Positions 1 through 7,371 of a stretch of DNA of 24,000 bases are shown here, one piece after another (positions within the stretch are counted from its first letter, which is position 1; each line of letters begins with the position of its first letter). The stretch comes from an uncultured Nitrososphaerales archaeon. GTDB lineage: Archaea > Thermoproteota > Nitrososphaeria > Conexivisphaerales > Conexivisphaeraceae. The translations under genes and the position numbers were made by a program. Under the pieces are notes generated by a model. It was not told where the DNA came from. It made no database searches and saw only the letters and a program-made list of their open reading frames with translations. The DNA is taken from positions 39,125 to 63,124 of the forward strand of contig CAYFFS010000002.1 of the NCBI GenBank assembly GCA_964342765.1, in the 5' to 3' direction.

Positions 1-1141
1 ACATTGCCCCTCTAAGGGCTGCATAGGGTATCAGCGAGGCGAAGACGATCGCAGACATCAGGTACCAGAGGCTGTCGTAGCCGAGGCGCGTGAATATCAG
101 GGGTGAGGCGGCGCCCGCCACGACGCCGCTGAGCTGCCAGAAGAAGTTGGCCGCGCCGGTGACGCTGCCCGACCTCCCCGGGCCTCCTATTACGCCTGCG
201 AGCGTGGAGTTGGCCGGCGTTACCATGAACCTGAAGAATCCCATGGCCAGCGCTATGGCAGCGAGCCATATAGGCGCCTTGACGACCGCGAATCCAAGAA
301 TCGTCATGCCATAGGCTGGTATGGATATCAGGAAAGCCCTCCAGAGGCCGAACCTGCCTATCAGGTAGCCCGTGAGGATCGTGGACGCTATTCCGGCCGC
401 GGCCGTCATGGAATATATTTCGCCGGCAAGGACGCCGGACATCCCTATGGACCTGAGGTAATCATAGGCGTAGAACGCGAACGCCCAGTACGCATAGTAG
501 AACAGGAAACCCCCGATGGATAAAAGCGCCACGTCCCTGTTCGCCAGCGCCCTCAGGTCCAGGTTCTCCCCTCTTATCCTCACGTCCTCCATCAGGATAA
601 ACACGGCCGCCGCCGTGGCGGCGGCCGCCAACCCTATGATGTAGTACCCCCACCTCCACCCCAGGTCCTCCGCGGCCAGGGGAAGCCCTATTCCTAGAAG
701 GATTATTGAGAAGGGCCAGGCCAAGCTGTAGTAGCCCATGGCCCTGGCCAGCTCCTTGCCGCTGAACTCGCTCGAGAGGAGCTTCACAGTCGTCGGATAG
801 ATCCAGCCGGCGCTAAGCCCCATGAGGACGCTTCCAACGTACTCGACCAACATGCTTCCGGCGGCTCCGGCGATAAAGGAGGACGCGGCCAGGCCCCCGA
901 GCGCCACGACCATGACGCGCCTTGGGCCCAGGGCATCGGAGGCGAGCCCTGCGGGCACCTGCACGGCTATGTACGCCGCGAAGAACAGGGAGAAGACCAG
1001 CCCGCTCTCGTAGGGCGTGGGCCTGAGGGATGAGTAAGCGGATAGGACGCTCCAGGCGAGCCTTGAGTAATAGCTCAGGAAGAAGGCCGCGAACGACAGG
1101 GCGACATACGCGTAGCCGCGCGCCACGGGCTCTCCAACCAT
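1..1141 (-). CDS. MFS-family transporter, N-terminal ~380 aa (the C-terminus runs off the left edge)
   Basis: Absent from the supplied ORF track because no stop codon lies inside the window. The reverse-strand ATG at 1141-1139 opens a frame with no stop down to position 2 (MVGEPVARGYAYVALSFAAFFLSYYSRLAWSVLSAY...LIPYAALRGAM). The product is a series of hydrophobic helices with an MFS motif-A-like loop (PAGLASDALGPRRVMVV). Confidence 0.8.
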   Translation of the reverse strand, partial: MVGEPVARGYAYVALSFAAFFLSYYSRLAWSVLSAYSSLRPTPYESGLVFSLFFAAYIAVQVPAGLASDALGPRRVMVVALGGLAASSFIAGAAGSMLVEYVGSVLMGLSAGWIYPTTVKLLSSEFSGKELARAMGYYSLAWPFSIILLGIGLPLAAEDLGWRWGYYIIGLAAAATAAAVFILMEDVRIRGENLDLRALANRDVALLSIGGFLFYYAYWAFAFYAYDYLRSIGMSGVLAGEIYSMTAAAGIASTILTGYLIGRFGLWRAFLISIPAYGMTILGFAVVKAPIWLAAIALAMGFFRFMVTPANSTLAGVIGGPGRSGSVTGAANFFWQLSGVVAGAASPLIFTRLGYDSLWYLMSAIVFASLIPYAALRGAM

Positions 1142-1175
1142 ACCTCAGTATTTGGCGTTGCCACGCTAGCACTAA

Positions 1176-1187
1176 GTATATAATTTA
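1176..1187 (-). promoter_or_regulatory. TATA-like box upstream of the MFS gene
   Basis: The minus strand reads TAAATTATATAC, in the 57-bp spacer between the stop at 1199 and ATG 1141. It implies a short leader. Confidence 0.4.
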
Positions 1188-1198
1188 TCCTAATTACA

Positions 1199-1951
1199 TT
1201 ATATTATTAGTTCTGAGAGCAACATGGATAGGATGCCGCTAACGAATATGCCGTCGAACGTGCCGGCCCCACCTATGCTTATCAGCCAGGCCGAGAGCGC
1301 GTCCCCCCTCCTCCATATGTTTAGGACGTCGGCCCCTAATATCGTTCCGTAGACCGCCCCTGCGTAGGATATGGCCGGCACGTACGCCTGCAGTCCAAGC
1401 GGAATGGCCATCGCCATCGATGAGATGAGCGCCGCCAGCGGCGGCATGAACGCGGGCACCACGACGCCAACGCCCCCTATCACCCTCGAGGTTCTGTAGG
1501 TCAGCGCCATGACAATCGCCGTGGTCGCGGCGATCGCCGCGATCAGGTCCCATGACCTAGGGAGCGACGCCGCCGCCCACGTCATGGTCGACGCTAGGAA
1601 GAGCGGCACCAACGCTCCGCCCACGTTCAGGGCTATGAGCGACTCGGCGGCGGCGAGGCGGGGCCTCGCCACGGGCACCGGAAGGCCGAATATCACCACG
1701 TATTCGACCTCTAGCACCTCGACTATGGACCTGCGGCGCGCGACCACTAAGTTCAGGTAGCCGAGGATCGGGGAGAGCGCCAGCAACAGAAGCATGGCGG
1801 GCGCGAGCCACGTGATGCCGAGCGGGCTAAGGGCCTCCGTTAGGGCCCCGGGCAACACGAACGCGACGAGAAGCGGCGCCAGGAATATCAGGAACAGCGC
1901 GCCCAGGATCCCGGGATGCGCCGGGGGCGCAATTATTATACGTCCTCTCAC
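1199..1951 (-). CDS. Polytopic integral membrane protein, possibly DUF1614-like, function unknown
   Basis: 250-aa ORF with a GTG start at 1951. It is almost entirely hydrophobic helices, with glycine-rich motifs NVGGALVP and ISIGGAGTFDGIF. The family name is from memory only. Confidence 0.7.
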   Translation of the reverse strand: MRGRIIIAPPAHPGILGALFLIFLAPLLVAFVLPGALTEALSPLGITWLAPAMLLLLALSPILGYLNLVVARRRSIVEVLEVEYVVIFGLPVPVARPRLAAAESLIALNVGGALVPLFLASTMTWAAASLPRSWDLIAAIAATTAIVMALTYRTSRVIGGVGVVVPAFMPPLAALISSMAMAIPLGLQAYVPAISYAGAVYGTILGADVLNIWRRGDALSAWLISIGGAGTFDGIFVSGILSMLLSELII

Positions 1952-1972
1952 GTGCCGCCTCCTCGGGCATCC

Positions 1973-1981
1973 AATTTAAGG
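1973..1981. promoter_or_regulatory. Single shared TATA-like element (AATTTAAGG) for divergent leaderless genes
   Basis: It is the only A/T-rich element in the 53-bp spacer. Its centre is about 26 nt from GTG 1951 (minus strand) and about 28 nt from ATG 2005 (plus strand). Confidence 0.45.
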
Positions 1982-2004
1982 TTGAAAGCCCTTGGGGACG
2001 TAGG

Positions 2005-2889
2005 ATGACGCCCTTCGAGCTGGTGTCTAAGCACGTGATACCCCACCTCAGGGCGCTTGCTGCGGCGAGGCTGATCGATGGCGGGATGAGCCAAAGTGAG
2101 GTGGCTAGGAGGATAGGCGTCACCCAGCCCATGGTCAGGAGGTACTACGCTGAGAGGACATCAGCGCTTGAGTCCCTAATCGCCGCGGGGATGCCGAGGG
2201 AGGCCGTGGAGCCCATCGCGGAGGTCCTAGCGGAGGCGGCGTCGCGTGGCCACAGCGAATTCCTTTCCGCCCTCAGCTCGATCAGCGCCTCCCTCTTGGG
2301 GGGCGGAAGCCTCTGCTCGCTCCACAGGCGCGTGGACAGGGAGGTCCCGGCCAGCTGCACGCTGTGCTTCGATCTGTTCAGGGGTGCCTCCGATCAATAC
2401 CTGAAGGACGTGGAGAACGCGCTGGCGGAGATCCTGGAAAGCCCTGGATCCCACGAGCTGATACCTGAGGTGGGCATGAACATAGCGCTCGCGCCTCCCG
2501 GGGCCCTAAGCGTGGAGCAGGTTGTGGGAATACCCGGCAGGATAGTCAGGGTGGGAACGCGCGCAGTCGCGGTGGGGAGGCCCGCCTATGGAGGAAGCAG
2601 GCATACGGCCAGCGTGGCCCTCTGGGCGGGGAGGCTCTGGGGGTTCCCCAGGGCAGCAGTGGCCGCGCGGTACGACGAGTCGATAATCAGGGCCGCTGAG
2701 GCCCTGGGCATGCGCGTCCGCAGGCTTGGGGAGCAGGACGGGGAGCCCGACGTGGTCGTGGATCTGGGGGGCCAGGGGGTGGAACCCATAGCCTACTTCC
2801 TCGGGAGGAGCGCCACCGAGGCCGTGAGGAAGGCGATGGCGGCGTTGCGCGCATCGGGCGGCGGGCGACGCGGATTTATCCCGCCTTGA
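2005..2889 (+). CDS. thiR: Transcriptional regulator with N-terminal HTH and C-terminal ThiN (thiamine-phosphate-synthase-like) domain, ThiR-like
   Basis: The N-terminal HTH is MSQSEVARRIGVTQPMVRRY. The C-terminal part carries ThiN-type motifs: IPEVGMNIALAP, VVGIPGRIVRVG, GGSRHTASVALWA, AARYDESIIRAAEALG. A TATA-like box lies 28 nt upstream of the ATG. Confidence 0.7.
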   Translation: MTPFELVSKHVIPHLRALAAARLIDGGMSQSEVARRIGVTQPMVRRYYAERTSALESLIAAGMPREAVEPIAEVLAEAASRGHSEFLSALSSISASLLGGGSLCSLHRRVDREVPASCTLCFDLFRGASDQYLKDVENALAEILESPGSHELIPEVGMNIALAPPGALSVEQVVGIPGRIVRVGTRAVAVGRPAYGGSRHTASVALWAGRLWGFPRAAVAARYDESIIRAAEALGMRVRRLGEQDGEPDVVVDLGGQGVEPIAYFLGRSATEAVRKAMAALRASGGGRRGFIPP

Positions 2890-2890
2890 C

Positions 2891-3565
2891 GTGCTAGTTT
2901 GCGTGCGGTCGGGCAACGCCAGGTGGAGGTCAAGCGAGGGCATAGCGGCCCGCGTGCTGGAGGACCTTGGCTTCAAGATACTGGAGGAGCACCACGCGGT
3001 GACCGTGGACGGCGTTGAGGTGGGGGAGGTGGACATACTCGCCGAGAGGGACGGCGAGCTGTACGCCGTCGAGGTGAAGGCGGGCAGGCTCGACGTCGGA
3101 GGCGTGAGGCAGGCCCACGTCAACGCGGAGATACTGGGCGCCAAGCCCCTGGTGATCTGTCGCGGCTTTTCGGACAGCTCGGCGGAGGCTTTGGCGCGGA
3201 GGCTTGGCGTAGAGGTGATCCTGGAGTCCGATCTATTCCTCGTCGACCCGGATGAGCTCTTCGCCGTAGTCAGGGAGGCGGTCGAGGAGGCGCTGCAGGA
3301 CGTCCTCTCATATCTCGCGCAGGACGTGGAGCTCTCCGAGGACGAACTGAAGTTGCTTGGCGCGATCTCGGAGGCGGACGACGTCCAGGATGCCGCCGAG
3401 AGGTTGGGGGTTGAGCTGAGGGAGCTGGCCTCGCGCTTGGAAACGCTCAGGGCAAAGGGCATCCTGCCCAGGCGGGCCAGCAGCTTCGCTTCGCTCAGGC
3501 GGGCCGCCAAGCTGTTCCTCGCGGCCAAGTCGCTGGGGCGTGAACGGCCCAGCGCGCCGCCCTAG
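2891..3565 (+). CDS. PD-(D/E)xK (RecB/YraN/Hjc-like) nuclease domain protein with a C-terminal HTH-like region
   Basis: The nuclease core is EGIAARVLEDLGFKIL...GEVDILAERDGELYAVEVKAG (a D...E-x-K arrangement). The C-terminal LSEDELKLLGAISEADDVQDAAERLGVELRELASRLETLRAKGIL looks like a wHTH. The first GTG is at 2891, 1 nt after the thiR-like stop. An in-frame GTG at 2903 is an alternative start, placed about 26 nt after an ATTTAT box at 2874-2879. Confidence 0.65.
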   Translation: MLVCVRSGNARWRSSEGIAARVLEDLGFKILEEHHAVTVDGVEVGEVDILAERDGELYAVEVKAGRLDVGGVRQAHVNAEILGAKPLVICRGFSDSSAEALARRLGVEVILESDLFLVDPDELFAVVREAVEEALQDVLSYLAQDVELSEDELKLLGAISEADDVQDAAERLGVELRELASRLETLRAKGILPRRASSFASLRRAAKLFLAAKSLGRERPSAPP

Positions 3566-4932
3566 AGGCCCAGAATTCCCGGCGACATGATGCCGTTCGG
3601 GTCGAAGGTCGACTTGATGGCCCTGATCACATCATAATATTTGCCGAACCGTGGCATCTGATCTGCCCAGAGTGCGCCCATGCGGTAGGGGACCGCCCCC
3701 GACTCCAGGGCGCGCCCCTTCACGTAGTTCCAGGCCTTCAGCGCCCTCTCGCGGGACTCCGGGTCCTTCGGGTCGAAGTAGATCGCGAGCACGGTCACGA
3801 AGCTCCTGTCGGTCATGAAGCCGCCGGCGCCCATCCTCAGGCCATATGATTCGCGCACCTCCGCGGCCAATCCCTCGAAGATCCTTAGATATCTGCCGAG
3901 CGAGCCGAGCGGAACGTGCACCATCAGCGCGGCGCGCCTGCCGGCCCTGTACGCGAAGTCCCTGACCCAAGCGTCCTTCTCCTTTATCAGCCTCTCAGTC
4001 TCAGCTGCCCCTTGGTATCTGCCCTTAACGCCCGCTATCGCGTCGAGCCTTTTCATCTCCATCCTTCCAAGCTCCTCGGTCGCGGCGGCCACCACTATCC
4101 TGAGCCTGTGCCTCCAGGGCGATCCCTCGGGATACAACACGTCGAGCGTCCAGCCGGTCGCCAGGTACGCGTAGATGGTCGGTATCCTGGATCTCCTTAT
4201 CCGATAGAGAGCCGACGCCGCCTCCTCAAGGTCCTCGAACTCGTATACCGCGCCGCCTACCCAACCAGGCGCCTCCTCAACGCGCAGCGCCAGCTCGACT
4301 ATTATGCCGAGCGTGCCCTCGGAGCCCGCGAAAAGGCCTGTCAGGTCGTTCGCCAGGGAGTACCTGTAGAACTGGTGCCCCGACCAGGGGCTCGCCATGG
4401 AGCCCGTCGTGAGGACGCTTCCATCCGGGAGGACGACCTTGAGCCCCAGCACCGCCTCGGCCTGGTTCGCGATGTTAGGCCCGGTGCCCCAGCCGCTTCC
4501 ATGGCTGGAGAAGTTCCCCCCAACGCACCCATGCCAGTTCTCGGGCTCCACCATGACCGACAGGCCGCGCTTTCCCAGCTCCCTCTCGAGCTCGAAGAAC
4601 GTGATCCCCGGCTCGACCCTCACGCTCAGCGATTCCTCGTCCACCTCTATCACGCGGTTCATCCTCCTCATGTCGACCACCACGCTGTTGGGCCTGAGCG
4701 GCACCGCACCCCACAGGCTCGTGCCGCAGCTCCTCACGTAGAGGGGCGTCCTCGTCCTGTTCGCCCACCTGACTATCTCCTGCACCTCCTCGACTCTCGC
4801 GGGCCTCACCGCCGCCACGGGGGGTACGCCCTCGTACGGGCTTGCGTCCCTGGCGTAGCCCTTGAGCCTCTCCGGGTCGGATATCACGTTCTCTGGGCCA
4901 ACTATCGACTCGAGCTCCCTCAGGGCGCTCAT
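3562..4932 (-). CDS. FAD-linked oxidase (GlcD / D-lactate dehydrogenase-like, FAD_binding_4 plus FAD-oxidase C-terminal domain)
   Basis: The 649-aa track ORF is an artefactual upstream extension. The recognisable protein starts at MSALRELESIVGPENVISDPERL (ATG 4932-4930). It carries FAD-binding-type motifs: VAAVRPARVEEVQEIVRWA, VRSCGTSLWGA, VEPGITFFELEREL, VGGNFSSHGSGWG. Its ATG overlaps the stop of the upstream epimerase gene (ATGA). Confidence 0.8.
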   Translation of the reverse strand: MSALRELESIVGPENVISDPERLKGYARDASPYEGVPPVAAVRPARVEEVQEIVRWANRTRTPLYVRSCGTSLWGAVPLRPNSVVVDMRRMNRVIEVDEESLSVRVEPGITFFELERELGKRGLSVMVEPENWHGCVGGNFSSHGSGWGTGPNIANQAEAVLGLKVVLPDGSVLTTGSMASPWSGHQFYRYSLANDLTGLFAGSEGTLGIIVELALRVEEAPGWVGGAVYEFEDLEEAASALYRIRRSRIPTIYAYLATGWTLDVLYPEGSPWRHRLRIVVAAATEELGRMEMKRLDAIAGVKGRYQGAAETERLIKEKDAWVRDFAYRAGRRAALMVHVPLGSLGRYLRIFEGLAAEVRESYGLRMGAGGFMTDRSFVTVLAIYFDPKDPESRERALKAWNYVKGRALESGAVPYRMGALWADQMPRFGKYYDVIRAIKSTFDPNGIMSPGILGL

Positions 4933-5849
4933 ACCTTGGCTCCCAGCTCCCTCAGGTAGTCCAGGACGCCGTCCCTGACTGTGTACTTGGGCCTGTACCC
5001 CAGCTCCTCCCTTATGCGGGAGGCGTCCACGGGGACCCTGACTGTCCTGCCGCCCGGCTCGACCTCGATCTCGGCGGACGGCACGAGCTCCTTCACCATC
5101 ATGGCGAGCTGGCGAAGGCTGATCGCCTCGTCGCACGTGTTGTAGACGCGCCTCCCGTGGCGCTCGACCTCCAGGCCGAACTTCATGACGTTCGCGGACT
5201 CCTTCACGTACTGGAGGACCCAGACGCTGTCGCCCTCCGGGACCCTCACGGGCCTCCCCGAGGCCGCGCCCTCGAAGAGGTCCACCAGGACGTCCATGAA
5301 GCCGGAGCGCTCCCTGCGGGGGCCGAACACGAGCCCCAGCCTCATCCCCAGGACGTCGATGCCGTAGTTCTCGGCGTAGAAGTTCGCGGCGAACTCGTTG
5401 GCCGCGTAGCTCACGCCGTGAGGGCTGACGGGCTTCACAGGCGCGTCCTCGTCCACCCTCTCGCGGCAGTAGAGCTCCGGGGGGCCTAGCTGGGAGTACG
5501 AGCTGGCCCACACGAGCCTGTCCACGTCCATTATCCTCACCGCCTCCAGGACGTTCAGGAACCCGATTACCATCGTCTTGGTCACGTTCATCGGGGTCCA
5601 GGGCGGGGACTCCGCCGCCAGGTAGGCGATCCTGCGGGCCGAGCTGCGCTTCAGCGCGTGGAGTATGTCCGATAGCTCCGTGATGGATCCCCTCTCCACC
5701 TTGACCTTTCCGGCGGCGTCCCCCAGCCTCGAAGTGTTCCCCGAGGGACTGAACACCGTCACCTCCTCGCCCGCCTCGACGAGCATCCTGGTCAGGTGCG
5801 ACCCTATGAAGCCGGTGCCCCCTATGATGAGGTAAGGCCCCAACTCCAT
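4929..5849 (-). CDS. NAD-dependent epimerase/dehydratase (extended SDR)
   Basis: The real start is MELGPYLIIGGTGFIGSHLTRMLVEAGEEV, a Rossmann GxxGxxG fold (ATG 5849-5847, or the adjacent GTG at 5852). The 45 residues upstream in the track ORF are low-complexity read-through. The start overlaps the stop of the MBL gene (TGATG). Confidence 0.8.
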   Translation of the reverse strand: MELGPYLIIGGTGFIGSHLTRMLVEAGEEVTVFSPSGNTSRLGDAAGKVKVERGSITELSDILHALKRSSARRIAYLAAESPPWTPMNVTKTMVIGFLNVLEAVRIMDVDRLVWASSYSQLGPPELYCRERVDEDAPVKPVSPHGVSYAANEFAANFYAENYGIDVLGMRLGLVFGPRRERSGFMDVLVDLFEGAASGRPVRVPEGDSVWVLQYVKESANVMKFGLEVERHGRRVYNTCDEAISLRQLAMMVKELVPSAEIEVEPGGRTVRVPVDASRIREELGYRPKYTVRDGVLDYLRELGAKV

Positions 5850-6508
5850 CACCTGCTCAGGAGCGCCCTCCTCGCGGCCTCCGCCGCCTCGCCGACTATT
5901 GGTTGGCCGTGGCCAGGGAGCAGGACGTCGAAATCCAGGCTCAGGAGCTTCCTGAGGCTCTCCTTCGCCATCTCGTTGTTCCAATCGTATGGGGCGGGGG
6001 ATCCCTGTATGGATCCCTCCCTGACGTTCATGTTGTCCCCGGCGAAAAGCGACCTGCCATCGTAGAGCGCGATGGATCCCGGCGTATGCCCGGGGACGTG
6101 CACGACGCGGAAGCCGAACACGACGTCCCCGTCCTTCAGCAGGGCGTCGGGCTCCACGTGCCTCATGCGGGAGTAGCGCTCGACGACGTCCCTCGGCACG
6201 GTTGAGGGGAAGGGCGGCCTCTCCCTGCCGCTCACGAAGGGGGCGTCCGCCTCATGTACGTACACCTTGGCCCCGGTCGCCTCCTTTAGCTCGGCGGCGG
6301 ATCCCGTGTGATCCATGTGGTAGTGGGTCAGTATTATCGCGGAGACCCTGGGACTTCCAACGTTCCTTATGGCTTCCAGTATCTGGCCGGCGCTTCCCGG
6401 CACGCCCGTGTCGACGATCGCGGCCTCCTTCCCCCTGAGCACCAGGTAGGAGTTCCCGTCCACGCTCTCTATCGGCACGCGAAATATGGAGTAGACGGCC
6501 TCGTGCAT
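5849..6508 (-). CDS. MBL-fold metallo-hydrolase (glyoxalase-II-like superfamily)
   Basis: Metal-binding motif ILTHYHMDHTG, plus VHVPGHTPGS and LLPGHG. The track start at 6634 is unlikely. A TTATAT box on the minus strand (6539-6534) lies 28 nt upstream of the ATG at 6508 (MHEAVYSIFRV...), which fits a leaderless start. The ATG at 6523 is an alternative. Confidence 0.75.
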   Translation of the reverse strand: MHEAVYSIFRVPIESVDGNSYLVLRGKEAAIVDTGVPGSAGQILEAIRNVGSPRVSAIILTHYHMDHTGSAAELKEATGAKVYVHEADAPFVSGRERPPFPSTVPRDVVERYSRMRHVEPDALLKDGDVVFGFRVVHVPGHTPGSIALYDGRSLFAGDNMNVREGSIQGSPAPYDWNNEMAKESLRKLLSLDFDVLLPGHGQPIVGEAAEAARRALLSR

Positions 6509-6533
6509 CCTCAGGATCGGCATCGCGCGAGCG

Positions 6534-6539
6534 ATATAA
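6534..6539 (-). promoter_or_regulatory. TATA-like box of the MBL-epimerase-oxidase operon
   Basis: The minus strand reads CTTATATC, 28 nt upstream of ATG 6508. Confidence 0.45.
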
Positions 6540-6677
6540 GCGTGATGCGCCGTCCACGCCTCGATGCCTCGGATGCCGAGTAGCTGAAAGCAACTTTGCG
6601 CCTCGAGGTCGACTGCGGCGCATGGCGCGTCCATTCGAAATCCGACGTTTACCAGTCTCCTTGCCCGCTATCTCAAC

Positions 6678-6685
6678 GCTTAAAC
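6678..6685 (+). promoter_or_regulatory. TATA-like box of the dph6-like gene
   Basis: GCTTAAAC lies 21-27 nt upstream of ATG 6702 / GTG 6708. Confidence 0.35.
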
Positions 6686-6701
6686 GCCCAGGGCCTCGCG
6701 G

Positions 6702-7331
6702 ATGGACGTGGGCCTGAGGGTCGCGCTTTTCTCGGGGGGCAAGGACTCGGTTTACGCCGCGCTGCTCGAGTGGCCCGTCGACGTGTTTGTGACCTTCGTC
6801 TACGAGTTCCCCCGGCCATCCCCTCACCTGGTGAACCTTCACAAGGTGGTGGAGCTGGCCAACTCAATGTTCGTGCCGATGGTGGTTTTGAGGGTGCATA
6901 GGGGAAGGGAGAAGGAGGAGGAAGCTAAGTTCCTGAGCTCCATAGGCGCATCGCGCATAATAGCTGGCGATCAGAACGTCGAGGATCACCTGAGGTACAT
7001 GGAGGAGCTGGCCGGCATGGTGGGGGCAGAGCTCAGGGAGCCCATATGGGGAATGGATCCGTGGAAGGTCCTGGAGGCCGAGCTCAGGGAGCTTTCGTTC
7101 GTCGTCATAGGGGCCGAGGAAAGGGCGCGCGAGCTGATGTGCTCGCGCGTCGACGGGGCGACCTACAAGGAGTTCCTCGCCTCGATAGAGCGCCTTGGCA
7201 TAGATCCCATAGGGGAGGCTGGCGAATACCATTCGCTCGTGACTAAGGTCGGGAAATTGGGGGTCAGCCTGGAGGTCAAGTGCGAGGGAGTTGAGGACTA
7301 CGGCGGATATCGCGTGGCGCGCCTGCGCTGA
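6702..7331 (+). CDS. dph6: PP-loop ATP pyrophosphatase of the MJ0570/Dph6 family (probable diphthine-ammonia ligase)
   Basis: N-terminal PP-loop ALFSGGKDS, plus EPIWG and GEAGEYHSLV motifs, about 209 aa. The GTG at 6708 is an alternative start. Confidence 0.65.
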   Translation: MDVGLRVALFSGGKDSVYAALLEWPVDVFVTFVYEFPRPSPHLVNLHKVVELANSMFVPMVVLRVHRGREKEEEAKFLSSIGASRIIAGDQNVEDHLRYMEELAGMVGAELREPIWGMDPWKVLEAELRELSFVVIGAEERARELMCSRVDGATYKEFLASIERLGIDPIGEAGEYHSLVTKVGKLGVSLEVKCEGVEDYGGYRVARLR

Positions 7332-7341
7332 TTCGGCTTCA

Positions 7342-7348
7342 TTTATAT
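7342..7348 (+). promoter_or_regulatory. TATA-like box of the ADH/MDR gene
   Basis: TTTATAT is centred 27 nt upstream of GTG 7372. Confidence 0.5.
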
Positions 7349-7371
7349 GATGGCTCCGCCGCCGGATCCTC

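Noticed and set aside
2506-3528. 340-aa Ser/Thr/Ala-rich minus-strand ORF spanning the ThiN-domain C-terminus and the nuclease gene
   Set aside because: It is antisense to two ORFs that have clear family motifs. It is low-complexity, has no recognisable domain and no promoter or SD context. It is a typical shadow ORF of GC-rich DNA.
3916-4959. 347-aa plus-strand ORF antisense to the FAD-linked oxidase
   Set aside because: Pro/Arg/Gly-rich junk composition. The opposite strand carries the full FAD-oxidase motif set.
4933-5511. N-terminal 193-aa extension of the FAD oxidase track ORF (649 aa total)
   Set aside because: The extension is Arg/Gly/Pro low-complexity and lies in an alternative frame of the well-supported epimerase gene. 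The homologous protein begins at ATG 4932, which is coupled to the epimerase stop.
5850-5984. 45-aa upstream extension of the epimerase ORF, and the 6509-6634 extension of the MBL ORF
   Set aside because: Both are non-homologous leaders. In each case a better start matches the family N-terminus and the local promoter or overlap geometry.
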